Source: Candidatus Hydrogenedentota bacterium
GTDB lineage: Bacteria > Hydrogenedentota > Hydrogenedentia > Hydrogenedentales > SLHB01
Reading direction: 5' to 3'
Assembly (NCBI GenBank): GCA_045863295.1
Contig: BTWA01000037.1
Span: forward strand, 1-59,449
Length of the DNA stretch: 59,449 bases
In this document: in pieces, positions 1 to 10,084 of the stretch
Numbering within the stretch: the stretch's first letter is position 1
Layout of the letters: the number at the start of each line of letters is the position of its first letter
Made by a program: the position numbers and the translations under genes
Notes under the pieces: model-generated
Told to the model about the DNA's origin: nothing
Databases searched by the model: none
Seen by the model: only the letters and a program-made list of their open reading frames with translations

Positions 1-102
1 GGGCCTCCTTTCGCGTTGAAGGCATTTTAGTTCAGTACGGAGAAGAAGACAAAGCGGAGCTTTTCGGGAGTGGGTTTCCAAGCGGACACTTGGGAACGAG
101 GG
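1..102 (-). repeat. Dispersed 102-bp element (copy 1) with REP-like hairpin, sigma70 promoter and Shine-Dalgarno, pointing out of the window
   Basis: Reverse complement aligns without gaps to 57919-58020 at 96/102 (hand alignment). On the minus strand: TTGTCT (52-47), N17, TAAAAT (29-24), AAAGGAGG (11-4). Confidence 0.9.
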
Positions 103-119
103 ATGTGTGAACACGAAGA

Positions 120-185
120 AAATTTTCGTCCGCAGATGAACGCCGATGTGCGCCGATGGGACGAATTGAGGGGAGGCGGTTTTTG
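120..185 (-). repeat. REP-like dispersed motif (CGCCTCCC...ATCGGCGTTCATCTGCGGACGAAAA)
   Basis: Reverse complement resembles 57652-57708 and 58057-58118. Confidence 0.75.
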
Positions 186-417
186 TGTTTGCTTGTGTAT
201 GCGGGTCGTGTGGTACTGGGTGAATCTGGACGCAACGAATCCGTGTGGAAGGCGCTTCGATGTTTTGTGTCACCTTTGCTCCCGGATATTGCACGACAGT
301 GTCCAATTAGCTTTGTGACGGCGAACTTGCTCGCCCTCCGCCGAAATCGGCGCCGTTACAGAGTGCGCATGAAATATCCTTCGTGTTTCAAGCTACACGT
401 GTTCTGTGAGAGCATTT

Positions 418-545
418 TTCACCACGCACGCTTTCAGCGTGGTGAAGAATGCGGTCTACAGGGCCTGCGGATAGGTAGGGTGGGCGAACCCAGGGCGTCG
501 ATTCGCTTTGCCCTTGGGCTCGTATGATTTAGCCCTTCAGGCCGT
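418..545. repeat. REP-like palindromes downstream of radA
   Basis: Perfect inverted repeat TTCACCACGC (418-427) / GCGTGGTGAA (437-446), and a CCCAGGGC...GCCCTTGGG hairpin at about 489-518. Confidence 0.55.
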
Positions 546-587
546 TGGGACGCGAAGAAGGGACCTTGCGATCATCGGCCGCACGGG

Positions 588-1949
588 TCAGGCTTCGAGT
601 GCGCTTTCAATCGCTTGCCCGATACCCATTGTCGGGAGGAGTGTGAGGCCGGGGTCTGGGATGTCGGCGGCGTTGGATTGGGGGAGGAGGGCGTGGGTGA
701 AGCCGAATTTGGCGGATTCGGCGATGCGGCGGCGGGCCATGTCGACGGCGCGGATTTCGCCCGCGAGGCCCATTTCGCCGAAGACGGCGAGTCCGGCGGC
801 GACGGGGATTTCGCGGAAGCTGGAGACGAGCGCGGTAGCGATGGCCAAATCGGCGGCGGGTTCTTCGATGCGGACGCCCCCGACGACGTTGACGTAGATG
901 TCGCGGTCGGCGAGTTGGATACCGGCACGTTTTTCGAGGACGGCCACGATGAGGGCGACGCGGTTGGGGCTGACGCCGGTGACGGTGCGGCGGGGAGTGG
1001 CGAAAGAGGTTTCCCCCACGAGGGCCTGGACTTCGACGAGCAGGGGGCGGGTGCCTTCGATGCTCGGGAAGACGACCGAGCCGCTTACGCCTTTGGGGCG
1101 TTCGTTGAGAAAGAGCGCGCTTGGATCCGGGACTTCGAGCAGGCCGCCTTCCGACATTTCAAACACGCCGATTTCGTTGGTGGAGCCGAACCGGTTCTTG
1201 ACCGCCCGCAGGATGCGAAGGACTTGCTTGCCTTCGCCTTCGAAGTAGAGGACGGTATCGACAAGGTGTTCGAGCAGGCGAGGCCCCGCGATGGAACCCT
1301 CCTTGGTGACGTGCCCGACGAGGAAGATGGGGACGTTGTTTCCTTTGGCGAGCCGGAGGAATTCATTGGCGCATTCGCGGACTTGTCCTACACTGCCGGG
1401 CACGGCCGAAAGTTCGGGCGTGTACATGGACTGGATGGAATCGACGACCACGAGACTGAAATCGCCGTCGACAATATGTTGGCGTACCTTGTCGATGGCG
1501 GTTTCGGTGAGCATCAAGAGGTTATCCGAAAGCGTGCCCAGACGGCGCGCGCGGATGCGGCATTGTTCGAACGACTCTTCACCGGAGACATAGAGGACCT
1601 GCCCGGCGTGTTCCGCGACGTAGTGCGAAAGCTGGAGCATGAGCGTGGATTTACCAATGCCGGGATCGCCGCCGACGAGCGTGAGCGAACCTTCGACGAT
1701 GCCGCCGCCGAGGACACGGTCGCATTCCGCCATGCCACAAGGCATCCGGACGCTGGGTCCGTCGGCGTCGGTGGAGATGGGAATGGGCTTGCTGTTGTCG
1801 ACGATGGCAGGCCGTTCGTGCGCGGCGGGCTGCGAGGCAATTTCCTCGACAATGGTGTTCCATTCGTTACAGGCATCGCATTTGCCAGCCCACTTGGAAT
1901 GGACGGCGCCGCAACTCTGGCACACGAAGATGGATTTGGTTTTTGCCAT
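588..1949 (-). CDS. radA: DNA repair protein RadA/Sms
   Basis: N-terminal CxxC..CxxC zinc finger, Walker A GDPGIGKST, KNRFG motif, Lon-like C-terminus. Confidence 0.98.
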   Translation of the reverse strand: MAKTKSIFVCQSCGAVHSKWAGKCDACNEWNTIVEEIASQPAAHERPAIVDNSKPIPISTDADGPSVRMPCGMAECDRVLGGGIVEGSLTLVGGDPGIGKSTLMLQLSHYVAEHAGQVLYVSGEESFEQCRIRARRLGTLSDNLLMLTETAIDKVRQHIVDGDFSLVVVDSIQSMYTPELSAVPGSVGQVRECANEFLRLAKGNNVPIFLVGHVTKEGSIAGPRLLEHLVDTVLYFEGEGKQVLRILRAVKNRFGSTNEIGVFEMSEGGLLEVPDPSALFLNERPKGVSGSVVFPSIEGTRPLLVEVQALVGETSFATPRRTVTGVSPNRVALIVAVLEKRAGIQLADRDIYVNVVGGVRIEEPAADLAIATALVSSFREIPVAAGLAVFGEMGLAGEIRAVDMARRRIAESAKFGFTHALLPQSNAADIPDPGLTLLPTMGIGQAIESALEA

Positions 1950-2300
1950 GGCGATTACGCGAACGCTCCTTTGCGGGGTACTGTACCAAATGCGACGAGC
2001 AGCGAACCATGGACGATAGGGAATGCACTCGCGAAGAACGGAATCGTGTGCACAGGGTCAGGTGTTGAGGCCTGGGTGCGCATGCAGGCGGTGTAGTTGC
2101 AGGGAGTCGCAGGCTCTATTCCTTCCTATTGCTGGAGATGGGCGGCGAATGCAACGGGGCCATAAGGGAAATGTGGCAGGGAGCATCGATCGTGTGTCCG
2201 GTTGCAGGGCGCGGTGGTCTGGCTGATCGTCGTTTGCGGGTTGTGGTATCTTTCCGGCCCTGTATGTTGGCATGTCAAAACTTGATGGAAAGTGAGCGGA

Positions 2301-3554
2301 ATGGAAAGCCTTTTATTCTTGACTGAAGAGCAAGTTCGTACGGTGCGCGCGAAGTTTGGTACGCCGGTTTACGTGTATGACCAGGCCACATTGGAGGCGC
2401 AGGCGGCCAAGCTGTTGGCGTTTCCGAACGCGTTCGGATTTTCAGCGCGTTTCGCGATGAAGGCGTGTCCTTCGGCGGCGGTTATCCGGGTGTTGCATAA
2501 GGCTGGGCTCGGCATCGATGCCAGCAGCGCGTTCGAAGTGGAGCGCGCGATGCGGGCGGGGGTGCCCGCGAGCGCCATTCAGCTGACTGCGCAGCAGTTG
2601 CCGGAAGACTTGGCCGTGATTGTCAATAAAGGCGTGTCGTTCAATGCGTGTTCGCTGCATCAGCTTGAATCGTATGGTGCTCTGTTTCCGGGAACGGACG
2701 TATGCGTTCGTATCAATCCGGGTCTGGGTTCGGGTCACAGCAATCGGACAAACGTGGGTGGCCCCTCATCGGGATTTGGCATCTGGCACGAATACCTGGA
2801 TGACGTGATCGCGATCGCGAAAAACCATGGACTGAAGCTAACGGCCATGCATACCCATATTGGATCCGGCACGGACCCAGAGGTGTGGCATCGATGCGCG
2901 GGGATGTCGCTGGCGATTGCGGCGCGGCTGCCTGAAGTGACGAAATTGAGTCTGGGTGGCGGCTTTAAAGTGGGGCGGATGCAGGGCGAGAAGTCGACGG
3001 ACTTGCATGAGGTCGGCGTGCGGGTGAAGGCGGATTTTGAAGAGTTTGCCGCGCAACATGGGCGCCAACTGGAGCTGGAATTGGAACCGGGCACGTTTCT
3101 CGTCGCGAATGCGGGGGTGATTGTGGCGACCGCGGTGGATGTGGTGGATACCGGAGCGGACGGGTACCGGTTTATCAAGGTGGATTCCGGGATGACGGAA
3201 GTGTTGCGGCCGAGTTTGTACGGCGCTCAGCATCCGATTGTGACGGTACCCGCGGATGGCGAGACGCGCGGTAGCGCCGAGTATCTGGTGATTGGGCATT
3301 GCTGCGAGAGTGGCGACGTGCTGACGCCGGAACCGGGCAATCCGGAAGGGTTGCTTCCCAGAGAATTGGTGGAAACGCGCATCGGCGATCTGGTGGTGAT
3401 CGGCGGATCGGGCGCGTACTGCGCGGCGATGCCGGCGAAGAATTACAACAGTTTTCCTGAAGCGGCGGAAGTAATGCTGACCAGCAACGGAGAATTGAAG
3501 CTGATACGAAAAAGGCAGACGTTGGATCAGGTCTTGGCCAATGAGGTTCTGTGA
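2301..3554 (+). CDS. lysA: Diaminopimelate decarboxylase
   Basis: FGTPVYVYD, PLP-lysine FAMKAC, HTHIGSG, LGGGF, EPG, CCESGD, GAY...NYNS. ATG at 2301 chosen over GTG 2292. Confidence 0.95.
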   Translation: MESLLFLTEEQVRTVRAKFGTPVYVYDQATLEAQAAKLLAFPNAFGFSARFAMKACPSAAVIRVLHKAGLGIDASSAFEVERAMRAGVPASAIQLTAQQLPEDLAVIVNKGVSFNACSLHQLESYGALFPGTDVCVRINPGLGSGHSNRTNVGGPSSGFGIWHEYLDDVIAIAKNHGLKLTAMHTHIGSGTDPEVWHRCAGMSLAIAARLPEVTKLSLGGGFKVGRMQGEKSTDLHEVGVRVKADFEEFAAQHGRQLELELEPGTFLVANAGVIVATAVDVVDTGADGYRFIKVDSGMTEVLRPSLYGAQHPIVTVPADGETRGSAEYLVIGHCCESGDVLTPEPGNPEGLLPRELVETRIGDLVVIGGSGAYCAAMPAKNYNSFPEAAEVMLTSNGELKLIRKRQTLDQVLANEVL

Positions 3555-3793
3555 ACGAAATACGCCCCGAACAGAAAGAGATGCGGAATCAGCAAGCCGC
3601 AATCACGCAGCGTCGCAGCGGTTCAAGAATATGATCCGAAATGTGTTTTGGATATGTCCTGTCGTCCCTCCGTGACCGGAATTCAGGGTGCGTCTTGCCC
3701 CCCATAGATAGTGACGGCTCCGGGTGGCCCTGGCCCCTTGTGCGGCGACTTTCTTGCATATGCCGACATGCATGTCACAAATCTCGAAATACA

Positions 3794-3803
3794 ATGGTAT
3801 ACT
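3794..3803 (+). promoter_or_regulatory. Putative extended -10 promoter (TGnTATACT) for NHL/C13 gene 1
   Basis: ATGGTATACT; the same 10-mer lies upstream of paralogue 2 (9893-9902). Confidence 0.45.
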
Positions 3804-3933
3804 GTACGTGCTGCAATCGGTTGTAGGTCAGGTCAGCCCGGTTGCTCTCTATCTGGTCGTAAGTCGTTTAAGAGCAGTAACATGTGCGCATTTTTCGTGA
3901 GCAGATCTGGAAACCCTAGAGGTAGCCCCCACA

Positions 3934-6900
3934 ATGTGCCTGCGTCCATTGGGCGTGTTTGTTGGTCGATTGCTCTTACCTATTGTTTTCATTGCCTGCG
4001 GACTTCATTTACTTTTCCCCATAGCTCACGCACAACCCCCTCTTTACCGGTTTGAACGTGCCTGGCCCTCTTTCCAACAGCCTTGGTCGTTTAATGAACC
4101 CCGGGGAATTGCGGCGGACTCCCTTGGCAATTTATACATTGCCGATGCCTCGCGCGATGTCATTTTCAAATTTGACCCCGATGGCCGTCTCCTTTCGATT
4201 TGGGATGTTGCCGGGTTTACGCCACGAGGCATTGCTTTGGACGCCGTCGACAACGTTTACGTAGTGGATGGATTCCCTGCCCGTGTTCTGAAGTTCAATT
4301 CCAACGGGTTGCTTATTTCCAGTTGGACGGCGAATGTTGGGGGCAATCCGAAGGGGATTGCCATTAGCGAATCGGGTATAGCGTATGTCGTGAAAGGCGA
4401 TACCCACCAGGTGGCCGCGTTCGATTTGGACGGCAATTTTTTGTTCGCCTTTGGCAGCGCGAGCGCGGGGGACTACTATTTTAATCAGCCCGAGGGCGTG
4501 GCCGTCGGGTATGCGGGCCGGGTATATGTAACCGACGTGCTTGCCAGTTGCATCAAGGTTTTTGATGCCGACGGTAATTACTTGTTTACCTTCGGACAGT
4601 TTGGGAGCGGTCTCGGCGACGTGAACCAGCCATTTGGCATTGATATTGATGACAATGGAACCGTGTATGTAGTTGAGCGTGAAAACGAACGAGTTCAGAC
4701 CTTCGACTTCAACGGGAATTGGGACCTGCAATGGGGTACTGAAGGGTTTGGCAACGGCCAATTCTCCGAGCCAGACGGGGTGGCCGTCGCAAACGGGTTT
4801 GTATACACGGCGGACCATGGCCTCAGGCGCGTCCAAAAATTTACGAAAACCGGTGTCTATGTATCCAAATGGTCGCGTAGCGGTACTGGAAATGGTGAAT
4901 TCTTTAGCCCCTTCCATATGACCCGCGACAGCAATAACCGGATCATCGTTGTCGATCAGGCCAATGATCGGGTTCAAATTTTCAATTCAAACGGTCAATT
5001 CGAAAGGGCTTTTGGACAGACGGGGTTTGCCAATGGTCAATTTCAAGTTCCTACCGGCGTGTGTGTGGACAGCAACGACAACATTTATGTCTCCGATAAT
5101 TCCAATGTCGACATTCAGAAATTCAATTCGTTGGGCGTTTTTCAAGCCAAATTTGATTTCGATATCGGATCGTCCGATGGCCAGTTCAGTTCGCTTCAAG
5201 GCATCGCGGTGGATTCGGCTGGAAACATCTATGCGGTGGACCGGTTCAATCACCGGATACAGAAATTCAATTCAGCAGGCACGTTTGTGGGGAAGTGGGG
5301 ATCGGACGGCACGGGCACCGGGCAGTTCAAATTTCCCACCGATATTCTGATTGATCCCAGCGATATCATTTACGTGACCGACTATCTGCTAAACAGCAAT
5401 GGCCGCATTCACCGGTTTACCACGTCGGGTACCACCCCCGCCACAGGACCTTCCGAATATGGCAATACCGGACATCCGCTGGACTTGACGAATCCTATCG
5501 GTCTGGCGTGGCATCCGAGCGGATATCTGATTGCGGTGGATGGGAGCCAAGTGAGGCCACTGGTCCAATATGATTCAAATGGGACGCCCCATGCAGTCCT
5601 TGAAGATCCAAACGGCGGGTTATTCAAGAATAGCGAAATGAAGGATGCAGCCGTAGATTCAAACGGAAACCTATTCTTGACGGGAAATGCGCGCAATCAG
5701 GTATTTAAGTTGACTCCAGCTATCCCGGCACAGGTCACCAAGGCTATCGTCGTAGCGGGCGGTGGACCTTTTGATGGCAACAATCTATGGCCCGCGACGA
5801 TGTCATCCGCAGCCACTTCGGTCTGGACTTTGTTCAATCAAGGGTTGACCAAAGACGCTCTGACGTTGTTGAGCCCTGTGGAACTACCCGATTTTGATGG
5901 CAATGGGATCAAGGATGAGTTCGACAGTCTTGCGACGTCGGCCAACTTACAGAACGCGATCACTACGTGGGCGACGCAGGACCTGAACGGACAGGCTGTT
6001 CAAGACGTGGTAATCTATCTGGTCGATCATGGCGGTCCTGGCAAATTCCGTCTGAACGAGACCGAGATTCTTAATTTCTCGACGTTCGCGGGATGGGTCA
6101 ATACTCTGCAGGCGGTTATTCCTGGTAAGGTCATAATTGTGTACGACGCATGTGAAGCGGGTTCCTTTGTATCCACGATGGGATTGCCTTCGGCCAACGG
6201 CAAACGCATCGTCATCGCCAGTTCAGCAGACAACGAACAGGCCCACTTTGTCTCGTCGGGTGCGGTCTCGTTTTCGAATTTGTTCTGGACACAGATTTTC
6301 AACGGTCAATCGGTTGGATCTTCCTATACATCGGCATCGAGCGTTATGGCCCCGTTTCAGACAGCGCAACTTGACGACAATGCGGACGGCGCGGCCAACG
6401 GCGGTGGAGATGGGCCTGTAGCCGCGGGTACGTTTATCGGGCTTCATATTGCTCAAGGCTGGACCGGACCCATCATTGGTACCCTTGGCGTCCCGTCCAG
6501 CATTACCAATTCAAACAGTGCAAACCTATTTGCCGACAATGTTTCAGATCCCGAAGGGGTGAGCCGCGTATGGGCCGTGATATCACCGCCAAGTTACCCA
6601 GGCGCGGAAGACACCATGCCCGTTACGGGACTGGGTACCGTTGACCTGTATCCCGTGAACGCCACCCGGTGGGAAGGCACCTACGATGGATTTGTCATTC
6701 CCGGTATGTACACAGTCCGTTTCTATTCCATGGATGGCAACGGATCGATATCACCCACGTCCGGGACCTTTATCAATGTGATCGATCCGCCTCGCCGCCG
6801 GCACGTCATCGTTGGGGGCGGGCCGCAGTCGTCCTCGCAGTGGCCGTCCATTGAGTGGGCGGCGTCGTGGGTGCGCACGTCGCTTCTGTATCAAGGGCAC

Positions 6901-9771
6901 AAAGATGCCGAGATCAATTTTCTGAGTCAGACATCGGTAGCGGGTGTGGATAGCACGGCTACTCTCGCGAACCTGCACAATGCGATCAGTTTTTGGGGCG
7001 CCAGCAATACGCGCGATTTGACGATCACGTTAATAGGACCCGCCACGCCCAATGGATTCTGGGTGAATGGGACGGAATTGCTGACATGGTCGGAGCTTGA
7101 TAACAAGCTGGATGGGATACAGGGGTATATGCCCGGCCCCATAACAGTCATTTGCGATACGGACGCGTCCGGCGCGATGATTCCGCAGCTCGATCCTCCT
7201 TTGGGTGCACAGCGAATTCTGATTTCGAGCACCGATCCCGGGCAGAGTGCGACATTCGCCAACGAGGGCGTGATGAGCTTCACGCGGTTCTTTTGGTCGA
7301 GCGTGGCGTTGGGCGGCACGGCGGGGCAGTCATTTCTGAAAGCGCAAGAGGCCATGGCCTTCGCCGCGGGGCAGGATGCTCAGTTGGACGATGACTCAAC
7401 CGGCGCATATGACACGAAATTTGACGGCAAGCTTGCGTTGAAGTATTCGTTGGGCACGGGCATTCAATTGTCGGGCGACGAGCCGTTGATTGGTTCCGTG
7501 TCGCCGCCTCAAGACATTGGGACGCAGACGTCGGCCAGTTTTTGGGTGGAGGATGTGACGACCCTGTTGACGCTGGATTCGATTCTGGCGGTCATCTCGC
7601 CTCCCGACGGCGGCACGCCGATCGAAGTGCCCATGACGGCGGGCGCGGGCGGACGTTATGAGGCTACGTTCAACGGGTTTGGCCAGTTTGGGACCTACAA
7701 CATCAGCATATCCGCACTCGATGCGCGCGGGGTGTCGTCAGATCCTGCGGAGACGTCCGTCACGCGGCCCGCGCCGGACTCGGCGGATGCGTTTGAGGAA
7801 GATGATTCCGCTGCGGCGGCGAAATGGATAGGCCTTGATGCGTTTCCGGATCAATTGCATACGTTTCACGATGCGGGTGATCAGGACTGGGCCACGTTTT
7901 ACGGCACTGCTGGGCAGATAGTCACCGTGGAGACGAATAACCTCGGTGCAAACGTGGATACATTGGTGCGCGTCTTTCGCGCCGATGGCACGACAGAAGT
8001 GGCGATGAACGACGATCGCGGATTGGGTAATGTTTCTTCGTATTTGAACTGGACCGTGGACGTCTCCGCGATGTATCTGGTGAAAGTGGCGCACTCGCCC
8101 AATTCGGCCTTGCCCGGTAGCGGCACGGGGACCCAGTACCGATTGCGGGTGTGGCGGGAGACGGGTCCGTCCTTGCCAGGTTCGCTGTTTGTGAGTGTGG
8201 TGAATTCGGGCGGTGGGTCGGTGCCGGGTGCGACGGTTCAAATTAACAGCACTACGCCGCCATGGCAGGTGCAGCAGAGCACTGGAGCCGCGGGCACGTT
8301 TCAATTCAATGGGCTGGCGGCGGGCTCCTACACGGTTATCGCTTCCTCCGGTGGGCAGTCTTCTTCGCCGGATGCGGTGAACATTCCCGCGGGCGGTAAT
8401 CAGAACAAGGTCATTATGCTTGCCGCGGGCGCGACGGGCGCACTTCAAGTGAATTTGACGCCTCCGGGGGCAGTGACCGCCGGTGCGCAATGGCGCGTCG
8501 ATGGCGGTGCATTCCAGAACAGTGGATCTACCATGAGCGGGTTATCCGCGGGATTGCATTCGGTTTCCTTTAAAAACGTGACAGGATTTGTGACTCCGGT
8601 ATCGACGAATGTGACGATCAACAGCGGGCAAACTACGGTGATTGGTGGTGCGTATTCGGCCGCGCAGTTGGCCACGCCGCAAGGGTTGCAGGCAAGCGAC
8701 GGGACGTTTACCGACAAGATTCAAGTGACGTGGCAGGCGGTAGCAAACGCCACCGGATACCGTGTGTATCGCAGCCAGACCTGGGACGGCGGTTCGGCCA
8801 CCGCGATCGGCGACGTGTCGGGAACCACATATGAGGATTTCTCGGCCTCCGCACCGAATGTGACCACACCGCCAGGCGGATGCGGTGGCGGAGGCGGTAC
8901 GCCTCAGGTCAATTACATCACCTACGTGTATTGGGTACAGGCGCTGGGCGCGAACGGGGCTCAGAGCAACTGGTGTCCGCCGAACGACGGGTATCGCGGT
9001 GCGGGAGTCAAGTTGCTGGACGCGTGGTCTCGGGCAGAGGGCGCTCCGGTGTTTGAAACGGCTTTGCCCACGCTTACCGGGGCCGATGGAATGCGAGTCG
9101 CACGAAGTGGCGACGCGCTTGCGCTTCGAATCATGGCCGACGAAGCCATTGATCCGTTTAGCCTAGCCGGTGAAGTGACGTGGGATGCGGGAAGCCGGGG
9201 CTTCGTGGATTGGGTAGAGGGAGAAGCGGGCGGTTGGGCTGTGGCACTACCCGTACCGGAGTGGACGGTGGGGTCCTTGGTGACTCTGACCGTGTCTGCG
9301 AGCACGGTTTCCGGAATTCCAGTGGAGGCGGTATCGCGTACCTTCAGGATTGTGGAAGACACCGAGTTTGCGTCGCTGATGCCTCGCATGGAAGGGGGCA
9401 TAGGCAATCCCATTCTGCTGGACCCGACAGGACCCTTCCTGCAGCCGGAATCCGTGGCGTTGAATTTGCCCGCCGGCTACGGGCTGGGCGATATCGATCT
9501 GTACTATTACCTCGCGGATGGCGACCGCGCGGGCTGGCATTCCGCCGGAACGATGGTAGGTTTTGCCGCGGGCATCGGACCGGATGGTCAATTGACTGTC
9601 CGTCACGGTGGCGTGGTTCAATTTGGATTGAAGGCAGCTCTTGAGCCGGCCCAATCCGGTATCGGTATGTCGTCGGACTTTGGTGGCGGCGCGGTCGTAC
9701 TTATGGTCGCACTAGCAGTTTGCGTGTGGTTGAACCGCAGGAATACGTGGCGGCCACGGGCCAGGCGGTAA
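3934..9771 (+). CDS. Large secreted, membrane-anchored NHL-repeat / C13-like (clan CD) peptidase protein, paralogue 1
   Basis: Signal peptide ending IAHA|Q; ~12 NHL repeats (F..P.GIAVD..GN.YV.D..N.RIQKF); YLVDHG and YDACEAGSF dyad; degenerate second peptidase domain; PPC-like domain (DAFEEDD...DQDWATF); PEGA-like repeat; FN3 (QASDGTFTDKIQVTW); C-terminal TM with Arg-rich tail. Confidence 0.9.
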   Translation: MCLRPLGVFVGRLLLPIVFIACGLHLLFPIAHAQPPLYRFERAWPSFQQPWSFNEPRGIAADSLGNLYIADASRDVIFKFDPDGRLLSIWDVAGFTPRGIALDAVDNVYVVDGFPARVLKFNSNGLLISSWTANVGGNPKGIAISESGIAYVVKGDTHQVAAFDLDGNFLFAFGSASAGDYYFNQPEGVAVGYAGRVYVTDVLASCIKVFDADGNYLFTFGQFGSGLGDVNQPFGIDIDDNGTVYVVERENERVQTFDFNGNWDLQWGTEGFGNGQFSEPDGVAVANGFVYTADHGLRRVQKFTKTGVYVSKWSRSGTGNGEFFSPFHMTRDSNNRIIVVDQANDRVQIFNSNGQFERAFGQTGFANGQFQVPTGVCVDSNDNIYVSDNSNVDIQKFNSLGVFQAKFDFDIGSSDGQFSSLQGIAVDSAGNIYAVDRFNHRIQKFNSAGTFVGKWGSDGTGTGQFKFPTDILIDPSDIIYVTDYLLNSNGRIHRFTTSGTTPATGPSEYGNTGHPLDLTNPIGLAWHPSGYLIAVDGSQVRPLVQYDSNGTPHAVLEDPNGGLFKNSEMKDAAVDSNGNLFLTGNARNQVFKLTPAIPAQVTKAIVVAGGGPFDGNNLWPATMSSAATSVWTLFNQGLTKDALTLLSPVELPDFDGNGIKDEFDSLATSANLQNAITTWATQDLNGQAVQDVVIYLVDHGGPGKFRLNETEILNFSTFAGWVNTLQAVIPGKVIIVYDACEAGSFVSTMGLPSANGKRIVIASSADNEQAHFVSSGAVSFSNLFWTQIFNGQSVGSSYTSASSVMAPFQTAQLDDNADGAANGGGDGPVAAGTFIGLHIAQGWTGPIIGTLGVPSSITNSNSANLFADNVSDPEGVSRVWAVISPPSYPGAEDTMPVTGLGTVDLYPVNATRWEGTYDGFVIPGMYTVRFYSMDGNGSISPTSGTFINVIDPPRRRHVIVGGGPQSSSQWPSIEWAASWVRTSLLYQGHKDAEINFLSQTSVAGVDSTATLANLHNAISFWGASNTRDLTITLIGPATPNGFWVNGTELLTWSELDNKLDGIQGYMPGPITVICDTDASGAMIPQLDPPLGAQRILISSTDPGQSATFANEGVMSFTRFFWSSVALGGTAGQSFLKAQEAMAFAAGQDAQLDDDSTGAYDTKFDGKLALKYSLGTGIQLSGDEPLIGSVSPPQDIGTQTSASFWVEDVTTLLTLDSILAVISPPDGGTPIEVPMTAGAGGRYEATFNGFGQFGTYNISISALDARGVSSDPAETSVTRPAPDSADAFEEDDSAAAAKWIGLDAFPDQLHTFHDAGDQDWATFYGTAGQIVTVETNNLGANVDTLVRVFRADGTTEVAMNDDRGLGNVSSYLNWTVDVSAMYLVKVAHSPNSALPGSGTGTQYRLRVWRETGPSLPGSLFVSVVNSGGGSVPGATVQINSTTPPWQVQQSTGAAGTFQFNGLAAGSYTVIASSGGQSSSPDAVNIPAGGNQNKVIMLAAGATGALQVNLTPPGAVTAGAQWRVDGGAFQNSGSTMSGLSAGLHSVSFKNVTGFVTPVSTNVTINSGQTTVIGGAYSAAQLATPQGLQASDGTFTDKIQVTWQAVANATGYRVYRSQTWDGGSATAIGDVSGTTYEDFSASAPNVTTPPGGCGGGGGTPQVNYITYVYWVQALGANGAQSNWCPPNDGYRGAGVKLLDAWSRAEGAPVFETALPTLTGADGMRVARSGDALALRIMADEAIDPFSLAGEVTWDAGSRGFVDWVEGEAGGWAVALPVPEWTVGSLVTLTVSASTVSGIPVEAVSRTFRIVEDTEFASLMPRMEGGIGNPILLDPTGPFLQPESVALNLPAGYGLGDIDLYYYLADGDRAGWHSAGTMVGFAAGIGPDGQLTVRHGGVVQFGLKAALEPAQSGIGMSSDFGGGAVVLMVALAVCVWLNRRNTWRPRARR

Positions 9772-9880
9772 TTCTTTTCTGGCATACCCGGAATTGAAAT
9801 CGGGAGTATTTGCTGTTCGTAGTTTTCGCAGTCAGTTTATGCGGAGTAGGCTGGATTAGAAGCAGATTCGGCGTCACGTT

Positions 9881-9908
9881 GTGTTGGGTTGCATGGTATA
9901 CTCAACAC
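9881..9908 (+). promoter_or_regulatory. Putative extended -10 promoter overlapped by an inverted repeat, upstream of paralogue 2
   Basis: GTGTTGGGT-N10-ACTCAACAC overlapping ATGGTATACT (9893-9902). Confidence 0.4.
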
Positions 9909-10084
9909 AAGCTGTAGGTGACATTCGATTAGACCGGCTTTCTGCACTGGCTTTGATTTTGCCAATGAAAAGCGAGTAATCCGGTAGTTTGCCGGAGTGT
10001 GCGGTTGTCCGACGGGAGCCCAGGGCACGGGGTCCAAGGTCTACCGCCCTCATTAAGTCGCATTCTTGACAAGGAATCGTCCTG

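Noticed and set aside
615..2096. 493-aa plus-strand ORF opposite radA
   Set aside because: Antisense shadow caused by biased codon use in radA; no motifs.
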